From a virus, in IMG/VR virus record IMGVR_UViG_3300042307_001176, positions 1-64,000 of that record: a stretch of DNA of 64,000 bases. One strand, given 5' to 3'. The notes beneath the pieces are model-generated. The model was given only the letters and a program-made list of their open reading frames with translations. It searched no databases and was not told the DNA's origin. Position 1 is the first letter of the stretch. The number at the start of each line of letters is the position of its first letter. The position numbers and the translations under genes are program-made. Shown here in pieces: positions 29,116-37,625 of this stretch.

Positions 29116-29982
29116 ATGAGACAACTTAAAATCGGACAATCCATTACTAATCGTGCGGATAAGTCTTTGGAGAAATATCTGAGTGATATTTCAAAAGAAG
29201 AGATGATTACAGCAGAGGAAGAAACAATATTAGCAAGAAAAATTAGGAATGGAGACCAAGATGCTTTACAGAAGCTAACTAAAGCAAATTTAAGATTTGT
29301 CGTATCTGTTGCTAAACAATATCAGAATCAGGGATTACCTTTAATAGATATTATAAACGAGGGTAATGTGGGTTTAATAAAAGCTGCTAAAAAATTCGAC
29401 GAAACTAGGGGATTCAAATTTATTTCATATGCTGTTTGGTGGATCAGACAATCTATACTAGAAGCTCTTTCTGAAAAATCAAGAATAATAAGAATGCCGC
29501 TGAACCAAGTAGGTGTATTAGGAAAAATAAATAAGGTAGTATGTAAATTGGAACAGGATTTAGAAAGAATGCCTACACACGAAGAGATTTCTGCTGCATT
29601 AAATATATTAGAATGTAAAGTTTCCGAGACTATTACCGCATCATTAAAATCTTCATCTATTGATGCACCTTTAGGCGGTAACGAAGATTCTTCGTCTATG
29701 CTTGAAGTATTGGTTAATAATGATTCTCCTTTAGCAGACAGAATGTTAATACAGGAATCATTAAAAATTGAAATAGAAAGGAGCCTTAGCACACTAGATC
29801 CCCGTTCTAAAGATGTAATTAAAATGTTCTATGGAATAGATCATATATGTCCAATATCTTTAGATGAGATTGGAAACAAATTAGAGATCTCTAGAGAACG
29901 TGCAAGACAGATAAAAGAGAAGAGCATTAAGAAGCTCAGGGTTTCTACAAGAAGCAAATTACTAAAATCTTATCTTGGATAA
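29116..29982 (+). CDS. rpoD: RNA polymerase sigma-70 factor, Bacteroidota primary-sigma type (no region 1.1)
   Basis: MRQLKI..SITNR, ANLRFVVSVAKQY, KFISYAVWWIRQSI, SRERARQIKEK. Confidence 0.93.
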   Translation: MRQLKIGQSITNRADKSLEKYLSDISKEEMITAEEETILARKIRNGDQDALQKLTKANLRFVVSVAKQYQNQGLPLIDIINEGNVGLIKAAKKFDETRGFKFISYAVWWIRQSILEALSEKSRIIRMPLNQVGVLGKINKVVCKLEQDLERMPTHEEISAALNILECKVSETITASLKSSSIDAPLGGNEDSSSMLEVLVNNDSPLADRMLIQESLKIEIERSLSTLDPRSKDVIKMFYGIDHICPISLDEIGNKLEISRERARQIKEKSIKKLRVSTRSKLLKSYLG

Positions 29983-30024
29983 TATTTTTAAATTGGATAT
30001 ATAGTTTATATTATTTACAAAATT

Positions 30025-31650
30025 ATGAGTTATATAGAATCTTTTCAGTCTTTTCACTTAAGAAATATGGGGATAGACTATGACGACCTTTTTTCTTTAC
30101 AAGAAAATAAATCACAAGCAAAATATTCATTTCAAGAATTTAAAAATTACTTCTCCGACTTTCTTTTAGAAAGTGAGGGATATATTGACGAGTCTCTTTT
30201 AGAGAATTCTTTTGCTTTTTATGAATGCTCTATGCTTTACGAAGCAAAATCACATTGGTTTGAAGGAGCTGGGATTGGTAATTCTGATTATTTAGATTGT
30301 GGTACACATGCACTTGTTATTAAAGACGGGGAAGGATTTTTAATAGAGAAGATAACATTCAATAAAATAAACGAATGGCTTACCATGGATGATATCCATA
30401 AAGCTTGGGGAAATTTAAAAAAATCAGCAGGTAATGCCTGGGATAAAGGCGAAAAGATTATAAAATCAGCAGGTAAAGCAATATCTTACGGAGCAGAGAA
30501 AGCTTGGAGCTTTTTAAAATCTTGCGGAAATGCAGTAGTAAAATTCGTACAAGGAATGACATTCTTAGAATGGGCCGCACTAGTATTTAGTATACTTTCT
30601 GCAGTTCTTGGTATAGCTGGAGCTGGTGCATCTGCAACTGGTCTTGGAGCATTACTTATACCAATTGGCGGTCTATGTCAGATGATTTCTGGAGGTATTC
30701 ACCTATATGAGGGATGGCACAAATACGACGGTGCAATTAAAGCATTTGGTAAAGGCGGTATTAGTCCGGAGCAGAAATTTTATACTGCTTTAGCTACGGC
30801 TCTTCCTGAGGGTTTGGTTGGTACTTTGTTACTTCTATTGGGAATAAATGATGTTATAACAGGAGCAGGAGGATTAGTTGATCCTAGTGCTGGCGCAAGA
30901 GCAGTTGCAACTAACACTTCCGCTAAAATGACACTGAAAGGATTTTTAAAAGCACCGGGAGCAGCTATAGAAAAAGGAATTGAGGATTTAGGAATGCATG
31001 CTTTAAAAAAAGCTGGCATATCATTATCCCACGCAGCAGCAGAGGGAATGGGTAAAGTTGCAACAACAGTTTTTGCTACTGTAGCCCCTGCAATATTAAG
31101 TTCAATGTTTACATGGTTATTTAAGTCTTTGTTAGAAGTTGGTAGCGGGATAACAAAAGGGATAGATGCACTAATTAACATTCCTGCTAAAATATCGGAT
31201 TCAATTTCTAAATTCCAAAAAGGAGCAAAAGGAGGTTTAGGCGGATTACTAGCTAAGGGATTATCAACAGTTGTTAAACCTATGACTGATTGCGCAGCCA
31301 AAGTTATTAAAAAGTATATACAACCAATGGTAGACAATGTTAAAAATTGGTTTAAGAATCAGCTTGCATCATATGACAAGAATAAAAAAATAATGGACGA
31401 GTATATGCACGAATTGCATACAGGAAAGAAACACGATCACAAGGAAGAAAAAAAGGGCAAGCCTGTATTCAATGTCGACAAGATAAAAGAATTATCAAAG
31501 AAAGAGGTTGAGTTGATAAAAACTGCTGCAGATAAATCTAAATCCGAAACAGGATCGAAAGACAAAAATAACAAAAAGAAAAAAGTGAAAGAATCACAAG
31601 TCTGGGAAATGAACTATCTTAGATCATTTGATGATTTAGAATTTATTTAA
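30025..31650 (+). CDS. large Gly/Ala-rich protein with hydrophobic helices; tag-like motifs at both ends
   Basis: GATATATA at 29996; MSYIESFQSF ... MNYLRSFDDL; hydrophobic segments around residues 180-360. Confidence 0.7.
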   Translation: MSYIESFQSFHLRNMGIDYDDLFSLQENKSQAKYSFQEFKNYFSDFLLESEGYIDESLLENSFAFYECSMLYEAKSHWFEGAGIGNSDYLDCGTHALVIKDGEGFLIEKITFNKINEWLTMDDIHKAWGNLKKSAGNAWDKGEKIIKSAGKAISYGAEKAWSFLKSCGNAVVKFVQGMTFLEWAALVFSILSAVLGIAGAGASATGLGALLIPIGGLCQMISGGIHLYEGWHKYDGAIKAFGKGGISPEQKFYTALATALPEGLVGTLLLLLGINDVITGAGGLVDPSAGARAVATNTSAKMTLKGFLKAPGAAIEKGIEDLGMHALKKAGISLSHAAAEGMGKVATTVFATVAPAILSSMFTWLFKSLLEVGSGITKGIDALINIPAKISDSISKFQKGAKGGLGGLLAKGLSTVVKPMTDCAAKVIKKYIQPMVDNVKNWFKNQLASYDKNKKIMDEYMHELHTGKKHDHKEEKKGKPVFNVDKIKELSKKEVELIKTAADKSKSETGSKDKNNKKKKVKESQVWEMNYLRSFDDLEFI

Positions 31651-31660
31651 TTTAATCCGT

Positions 31661-31864
31661 ATGTATACATTGTTTGTTATTTTTATGACACTTATGTTAT
31701 CTTCTGGTATTATTGTGTGGTTGATATCTATATTTAACCAAAAAATAAAAAGACCATTGGTATTATTAATAGGATGTTTATTTTGGCCTTTGAGTCTAAT
31801 TTTTATTTATACCTACTTATTTTTATATAATAGGGTATTTTCTAAGGAATCATTTTTTTCTTAA
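31661..31864 (+). CDS. small membrane protein
   Basis: two TM segments, LFWPL. Confidence 0.6.
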   Translation: MYTLFVIFMTLMLSSGIIVWLISIFNQKIKRPLVLLIGCLFWPLSLIFIYTYLFLYNRVFSKESFFS

Positions 31865-31884
31865 CCGAATATTCTATAGATTTA
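31848..31884 (+). promoter_or_regulatory. class E promoter AATCATTTTTTT-N17-TAGATTTA
   Basis: 29 nt offset. Confidence 0.75.
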
Positions 31885-31899
31885 CGTAAAATAAAAAAA

Positions 31900-32340
31900 A
31901 TGAATAGAAATATCTTTCCTATATTATTTATTATCCCTGTTGTTTTAATGTCTCTTAATTCTTGTAATACTAGTCCCGAAGAGAAATTAAATAAGCCCAA
32001 TGTTATAGAAGTTACTAACTATGCCATTTACACTCTAGATGGATGCGAATACGTTAAAGTTGGACACGGGAACTTTTCTTGGGGATCACACAAAGGGAAC
32101 TGTTCTAATCCAATACACAAAGGACAGAGTTCTTCCAATGATCAATTAGAAATAGATGATGATTATTATATAGCCACTGACGAAAAGCACTTTGATTGTG
32201 TAGTAAATGAGGCTATTATAGAAAGAAGAGATAATCCACCTTATGCTTATATTACTGAATGTGGGATTCTTTTTTATTCCGACGTAAAATATAAAGTGGG
32301 AGATGTGATTGAAAATTTTAAATCAGGAAAGCACAAATAA
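31900..32340 (+). CDS. putative lipoprotein
   Basis: lipobox LNSC; DGCEY...HKGNC.NPIH motif. Confidence 0.75.
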   Translation: MNRNIFPILFIIPVVLMSLNSCNTSPEEKLNKPNVIEVTNYAIYTLDGCEYVKVGHGNFSWGSHKGNCSNPIHKGQSSSNDQLEIDDDYYIATDEKHFDCVVNEAIIERRDNPPYAYITECGILFYSDVKYKVGDVIENFKSGKHK

Positions 32341-32357
32341 TACACGATATATAAATA

Positions 32358-32990
32358 GTGAAAAACATAAAATTATTTGAAAATTTTGATTCTAAGTACT
32401 TATGGCCAGAAGCTAAATTTTGGATTGATAAGTTAGAACCGGAAGAATTATGTTTTCTTGGTGTTTATTCTTACATGTTAGAGAATGATAAAAAACAACC
32501 ATTATTTGAGACTGAATATGACGGAACAAATGAAACAGATCCCGATGAACAAGATGGCGATGGAAGTTTGGAAATGTCATTTACTTTCCCTGTAGCAAAA
32601 GCTGAATATTCTCCTAGTTTAACGTGTGAGATCATATTTAGCGGTGATTATTTACCTTATGATCCTGGAGATTATATGAATGCCCCAGAAGGAGGAGAAT
32701 ATGTATTAAATAACATTGATATTGAATCTGCTTATTATTTAGATAAAGACGAAGTCAACGATTACGAATTGGCCAATATGGAATATAAATCCGAATTTGT
32801 TACCAAATCGGATATGATTAATCTATTAAAATATATTGCTAGTTATTTTATAAGACATGACGAAGATAGTACGGATTCTAAACCCCCAGTTATTCCACAG
32901 GGTCTGAAAGATAAATGTGAAAATTTAAGGAAAGAAATGCCTAATGTTACTAAAGGGTATGGAATGATCAGTAGATTTACTGGTAAGTAA
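32358..32990 (+). CDS. acidic tagged protein with C-terminal KGYGMISRF
   Basis: GTG start 4 nt after GATATATA (32346); MKNIKLFENF. Confidence 0.8.
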   Translation: MKNIKLFENFDSKYLWPEAKFWIDKLEPEELCFLGVYSYMLENDKKQPLFETEYDGTNETDPDEQDGDGSLEMSFTFPVAKAEYSPSLTCEIIFSGDYLPYDPGDYMNAPEGGEYVLNNIDIESAYYLDKDEVNDYELANMEYKSEFVTKSDMINLLKYIASYFIRHDEDSTDSKPPVIPQGLKDKCENLRKEMPNVTKGYGMISRFTGK

Positions 32991-33203
32991 TTAATAATCT
33001 TTATCGTCTGCATAAGCTTTAAGATTTGATATTTCTATTTTAAGCCTTATTATCTCCTCGTTAAGCTCTCGTATTTCGTCTATCTTCTCTTTGACCATAT
33101 CAAACCCTAGATTTACTATTTCTTTCTCTGTATGGCTAAAATCATCTTCTTTTAGTGATACTCTTTCTGAGATTATTTTTATGTATTCTTTTTTTAGATC
33201 CAT
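32991..33203 (-). CDS. small coiled-coil protein
   Basis: 70 aa; stop abuts the convergent gene. Confidence 0.65.
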   Translation of the reverse strand: MDLKKEYIKIISERVSLKEDDFSHTEKEIVNLGFDMVKEKIDEIRELNEEIIRLKIEISNLKAYADDKDY

Positions 33204-33263
33204 TTTTTTTTATTTTTTCGGGAAACAAAAATATTCTATATTTATATAATATCCAAATATATT

Positions 33264-33539
33264 ATGAAAATCTTTTCCTTAAGCTTATTCTTATTGTTTT
33301 ATGCGACGTCATATACACAAGATTCATGGAACCAAAGAATATCTTTAGTTTCTCCTAATAGAGATACATTATGGCTTCTTAATAATGATATTGGTCATTC
33401 AATTGCGTATTCTTGGAAAAATTATGAAGATACACAGGAACAGAAGAAACCTGTTATACTTCTGGTAAATGCTCTTCCTTTAGATAGATATTGTTACACA
33501 AATAACAAGAAGAAAAATGAAAAAAGGAGAAGGAAATAA
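33264..33539 (+). CDS. small secreted protein
   Basis: N-terminal signal peptide-like stretch. Confidence 0.6.
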   Translation: MKIFSLSLFLLFYATSYTQDSWNQRISLVSPNRDTLWLLNNDIGHSIAYSWKNYEDTQEQKKPVILLVNALPLDRYCYTNNKKKNEKRRRK

Positions 33540-33672
33540 ATGTTTATATTGCGGGGATCCTAATTGTGATCTTAGTTGTAAACCTATTAGTGGTGTCAAT
33601 GAATTTTTAATTTTATTTATTCCTGTTATTTCATTAACTGCTTTATTATATTTTTGTTTTATACGAAAATAA
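33517..33672 (+). CDS. 51 aa Cys-rich protein with C-terminal TM segment
   Basis: MKKGEGNKCLYCGDPNCDLSCKPISGVNEFLILFIPVISLTALLYFCFIRK, translated by hand. Confidence 0.5.
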   Translation: MKKGEGNKCLYCGDPNCDLSCKPISGVNEFLILFIPVISLTALLYFCFIRK

Positions 33673-33701
33673 AGATATATAATCTATAAAAAAATATTAA
33701 A

Positions 33702-34136
33702 ATGAAATATATTAAGCTTTTTGAAAATTTTGATTCTAATATAGGAAGCACAGACGATCTAATTTTTGATTGGATGCCTTTCGACGATCAAATAACTAAT
33801 CCGATACAATCATCTATACCAGAGACTCTTTCTATTACTGAATTGGCAGATTTTTTAATGTCTGCAGAAAAAAATGGAAATGATTCACAAATATTAGAAG
33901 CAGGTCTTTTTATGTCTCATAGAAAAAACTCAGATGGGGGATTTAATAGATTTATTACTAAATCAATTTCTCCTTTAATGTTCGAGATTGAGGTATTTAA
34001 TTCAGATTTTGAATCTGTTAATAAATTTGAAAATGTTGATGCTAGTAAGATGGGTAATTTAGGTGCATTTAATAAAGGCGCATCTATGTTAGGAAAATTT
34101 GGTCTTTTTGGTAAAGGTGGAAAAGAACAATTATAA
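33702..34136 (+). CDS. tagged protein with C-terminal KGASMLGKFG
   Basis: MKYIKLFENF; GATATATA at 33674. Confidence 0.8.
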   Translation: MKYIKLFENFDSNIGSTDDLIFDWMPFDDQITNPIQSSIPETLSITELADFLMSAEKNGNDSQILEAGLFMSHRKNSDGGFNRFITKSISPLMFEIEVFNSDFESVNKFENVDASKMGNLGAFNKGASMLGKFGLFGKGGKEQL

Positions 34137-34160
34137 GTAAAACATTGTTAATAAATTATT

Positions 34161-34190
34161 AGCCTGCTTTTTAAAAAGCAGGCTTTTTTT
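34161..34190 (+). terminator. intrinsic terminator
   Basis: AGCCTGCTTTTT-AAAAAGCAGGCT followed by a T-run. Confidence 0.85.
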
Positions 34191-34246
34191 ATGCTTTTTT
34201 ATTTAATAATAGTTGATATATAATCAATAAATAATTTTTTTAAAAA

Positions 34247-34618
34247 ATGGAAGAATTCGGACCTCATATTACCCTAGATTTAAAAGGATGCCCAAAAGAG
34301 GTATTATCGGATTATAACTTGCATTTTGATTATTTAAAATCCCTTCCTGGGTTAATTCACATGACTCCTATAACTCAACCATATGTTTTTCCTTATTCGG
34401 GATTAGTCCCTGAGGATAAAGGAATTACTGGAATCGTTATTATTGCGGAAAGTCATATATCTGTTCATTCGTTTGAAGATAAAGGATATTGCTTCATTGA
34501 TATATTCTCTTGCAAAGATTTTGATGTTGAAAGAGCTATACAGATAACTAAGGATTTATTTAAACCAGAGAATTGCGAAATACACGTAGTTGCTAGAGGT
34601 AAAGATTTTCCTAGATAA
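34247..34618 (+). CDS. speD: S-adenosylmethionine decarboxylase proenzyme (pyruvoyl-dependent, class 1B-like)
   Basis: G.H..LDLKGC, GITG.V.IAESHIS.H, IDIFSCK; ES self-cleavage site. Confidence 0.9.
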   Translation: MEEFGPHITLDLKGCPKEVLSDYNLHFDYLKSLPGLIHMTPITQPYVFPYSGLVPEDKGITGIVIIAESHISVHSFEDKGYCFIDIFSCKDFDVERAIQITKDLFKPENCEIHVVARGKDFPR

Positions 34619-35137
34619 TTAATTCTTTTTTATCTTCTTTTTCATCTCATCTATCATAGATATAGTTGAACTGATCCGGGGTTTTTTGTAAACTATTACT
34701 TTCTCCTCTCTAGGTGATTCAGGTACAAGCATCATAGATACGGAGGAATCACCAACGGTGTATATTCTTTTTTCTTTTGAAATAGTATTAAGTCTTACTA
34801 TTCTTTCTTCTGTGTTTCTATTATTGCTTCGAATATCACCTTTTAATTGATCTAGCATTTGTAAAAATTCTTCTTCCCTGAATACTATTTGATTTGTACA
34901 TTCTTTTTCGTTTCTTCTTATACTAGATTCTAATGAATCAACATCAGATTCTAATTTCTCTATCTTCACATCTTGTTTTTTTATTTCACTATCTAATTCG
35001 TCCCTATCTAATGTTATTGATGATATAAAAGAAGGTGCTATACTAATTATTACAATTGCTAAAAGTAGCATGGAAAGAGCCACAATTTTTTGTGGAGTTG
35101 AGAATTGTGCTAGGATTTTTGAAATATATTTGAACAT
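34619..35137 (-). CDS. TM plus coiled-coil protein
   Basis: N-terminal TM followed by heptads. Confidence 0.7.
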   Translation of the reverse strand: MFKYISKILAQFSTPQKIVALSMLLLAIVIISIAPSFISSITLDRDELDSEIKKQDVKIEKLESDVDSLESSIRRNEKECTNQIVFREEEFLQMLDQLKGDIRSNNRNTEERIVRLNTISKEKRIYTVGDSSVSMMLVPESPREEKVIVYKKPRISSTISMIDEMKKKIKKN

Positions 35138-35175
35138 ATATTATATATTACACCTTCTTTAATATATAGTGATAT

Positions 35176-35484
35176 ATGAACAATATTATTTTAAATAGGC
35201 TAGAAATAATGTTTGAGGATCTTCCTAATAAAATGCCATGGACATCAGTTGCAGGAGAACTTGAAGCATTGGGGGGAAACGGATGGAGATTACCTACCGA
35301 ATTGGAATTTAAAGATATCTATAACTTTTCTAAATTAGGAATAGGTGGATTTAAGCCAGAAAAATATTGGTCAGCATCTTCATCTGGTAATAAAGCTTGG
35401 TATTACAATTTAGGCAAAGGATATTCACCACACATTACTAATCAATCTAATCAATTGTATGTGAGATTAGTTAGAAATATCTAG
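35176..35484 (+). CDS. DUF1566/Lcl-type (C-lectin-like fold) small protein
   Basis: GWRLPT.LE, KYWS, AWY, YVRLVR. Confidence 0.8.
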   Translation: MNNIILNRLEIMFEDLPNKMPWTSVAGELEALGGNGWRLPTELEFKDIYNFSKLGIGGFKPEKYWSASSSGNKAWYYNLGKGYSPHITNQSNQLYVRLVRNI

Positions 35485-35702
35485 TATTGATCCTGGTTTC
35501 TTATTCTAGACAAAGACTTATCTATGGATCTGTCTAAATCTTCCGTTGCTTTTCTTAAATCCTGATTGTGTATAGAAGATAAAGATCTTGCTATTTCATA
35601 TCTGTCTAAAAATACTTCGTATTTATAATTTTTCTCTTTTAAGATAACTTCATCAGCAATTTCTTTTCCAAATTCTTCTAATTGTTTTTCGTAAGACTTC
35701 AT
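35481..35702 (-). CDS. hypothetical protein
   Basis: 73 aa ORF. Confidence 0.6.
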   Translation of the reverse strand: MKSYEKQLEEFGKEIADEVILKEKNYKYEVFLDRYEIARSLSSIHNQDLRKATEDLDRSIDKSLSRIRNQDQY

Positions 35703-35811
35703 GGGGTTTTATATTAGTTTTTTGTAAATGTAAGAATTTACTACATATAATTGTATATTATATATTCGAAATAATTTCATTCTCTCACACTATAATTAAA
35801 TAAAAAAGAAT

Positions 35812-36792
35812 ATGGCAAAGAAGAAAGGTCCTATATCAATGTTTATAGAAAGAAATTACAAGCATTTTAATGCCGCTGCATTAAAAGATGCAGCAATTGG
35901 CTACGAGACTCACATAGATAAGGGAGGTAAAATGCTAGTTTCGCTTGCTGGTGCAATGAGTACAGCAGAGCTAGGTATTTCTTTAGCAGAAATGATTAGA
36001 GCTGGTAAAGTTGATATTATCTCTTGTACTGGAGCTAACTTAGAAGAGGATCTAATGAATCTCGTAGCACATTCACATTATAAAAGAATACCAAATTATA
36101 GGGATCTTACACCCGAGCAAGAAAGAGAATTGCTAGACCAAGGTTTAAATAGAGTTACTGATACATGTATTCCCGAAGAAGAGGCTTTTAGGAGATTACA
36201 ATCACATATCTATAATCTTTGGAAAGAAGCAGAAGATGTGGGAGAAAAATATTTTCCACATGAATTCATGTATATGTTAATTAATAGTGGTGTTCTCACA
36301 CAGTATTATGAGATTGATCCTAAGGACTCTTGGATGGTTGCTGCAGCAGAAAGAAATCTACCGATGGTTGTACCTGGATGGGAAGATTCAACATTAGGGA
36401 ATATATTTGCTTCTTATGTTATAAAAGGCGAATTAGACCCGAATACTGTAAGAAATGGTATTGAATATATGGTTTATCTTAGTGAATGGTACAGAAATAA
36501 TTGTTCAGAGCCTGGAATAGGATTTTTCCAAATTGGCGGAGGCATTGCTGGTGATTTTCCAATATGTGTTGTTCCGATGATGTATCAGGATCTTGAATGG
36601 GAAGATGTGCCATTCTGGTCTTACTTCTGTCAAATATCAGATTCAACAACATCTTATGGATCTTACTCAGGAGCAGTACCGAATGAGAAAATAACATGGG
36701 GTAAATTGGACGCAGACACTCCAAAATTTATAGTAGAATCTGATGCAACGATAGTTGCTCCTCTTATATTTGCTTGGATACTTAATCAATAA
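35812..36792 (+). CDS. deoxyhypusine synthase-like protein (possible homospermidine synthase)
   Basis: AGAMST, TGANLEED, NRVTD, DSTLG, IGGG, GSYSGA.PNEKITWGK, SDATIVAPL. Confidence 0.9.
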   Translation: MAKKKGPISMFIERNYKHFNAAALKDAAIGYETHIDKGGKMLVSLAGAMSTAELGISLAEMIRAGKVDIISCTGANLEEDLMNLVAHSHYKRIPNYRDLTPEQERELLDQGLNRVTDTCIPEEEAFRRLQSHIYNLWKEAEDVGEKYFPHEFMYMLINSGVLTQYYEIDPKDSWMVAAAERNLPMVVPGWEDSTLGNIFASYVIKGELDPNTVRNGIEYMVYLSEWYRNNCSEPGIGFFQIGGGIAGDFPICVVPMMYQDLEWEDVPFWSYFCQISDSTTSYGSYSGAVPNEKITWGKLDADTPKFIVESDATIVAPLIFAWILNQ

Positions 36793-36906
36793 ATACATTA
36801 TCAAATAAAACCCTCGTATTCTTTTGATATATAGTAGATGATAAGATCCTGTATTATTATAGGACTATTTTTTATATTAGGTTATATACATAATAGAAGT
36901 AATAGA

Positions 36907-37623
36907 ATGAAGCATTTGAAATCAATAGATGAGTTTAAACAAGTAAACGAACAATTGTTTGGAAACATTACTAGGGAGCTTACTAAAGGTATTTTAAAAA
37001 ATGATGATTCTAAATCTAAAGATGATAGTGGAGGAACAGGAGGAGCAGGAGGAGGAACAGGGCCTGCACCAGATAAGGCAGCAGGAGTTGTAGGAGATTA
37101 TGGCAAATTTAGTGATGGTGCAAGTAAATCATCGCCATTAGCTATTGTTTTTGGGGGAATTCCAGTAGGCGGGAAACAAAGTGGAGAGTATATGTACGAT
37201 TACTTTAATAAAACAGGAAACAAGTTTAATCTTTTTGTCGCATCTAATTCAAATGTCAATGGTAAGGCTTCTTATGATTCAGTAATTAAAAAAGATATAA
37301 CTCCATCTAAAAAGATACTTTATTTATTTTCTGGGGGATATAAACCAGGAATGGAATTATTAAAAAGTGTTGGTGCTGATAAATTTGATAAAATCTATCT
37401 AGTTGATATTTGGATGGGTAATTCTTCTGTATCAGATTTCTACACTAAACTAGCTAAAGACAATAAAGAAAAAGTTGAATATTATTATACCAGTTTTGGA
37501 GCAAATAATAATACAGCAAGAAATACTATCTCGCAGACTGTTTCAAAATCTGTAGCAAATAGCAAAAATAATCACATGGAGACAAACAATGATGCAGTTG
37601 AGGCATTGATAAAATATATTTAA
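36907..37623 (+). CDS. tagged protein with alpha/beta-hydrolase-like domain; start likely 36907
   Basis: MKHLKSIDEFKQVNEQLF, Gly-rich linker, IVFGG, LYLFSGG (nucleophile-elbow-like), LVD, C-terminal H. Confidence 0.65.
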   Translation: MKHLKSIDEFKQVNEQLFGNITRELTKGILKNDDSKSKDDSGGTGGAGGGTGPAPDKAAGVVGDYGKFSDGASKSSPLAIVFGGIPVGGKQSGEYMYDYFNKTGNKFNLFVASNSNVNGKASYDSVIKKDITPSKKILYLFSGGYKPGMELLKSVGADKFDKIYLVDIWMGNSSVSDFYTKLAKDNKEKVEYYYTSFGANNNTARNTISQTVSKSVANSKNNHMETNNDAVEALIKYI

Positions 37624-37625
37624 TA

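Noticed and set aside
35176-35484. Diversity-generating retroelement target
   Set aside because: No reverse transcriptase or adenine-variant template repeat was found in the window.
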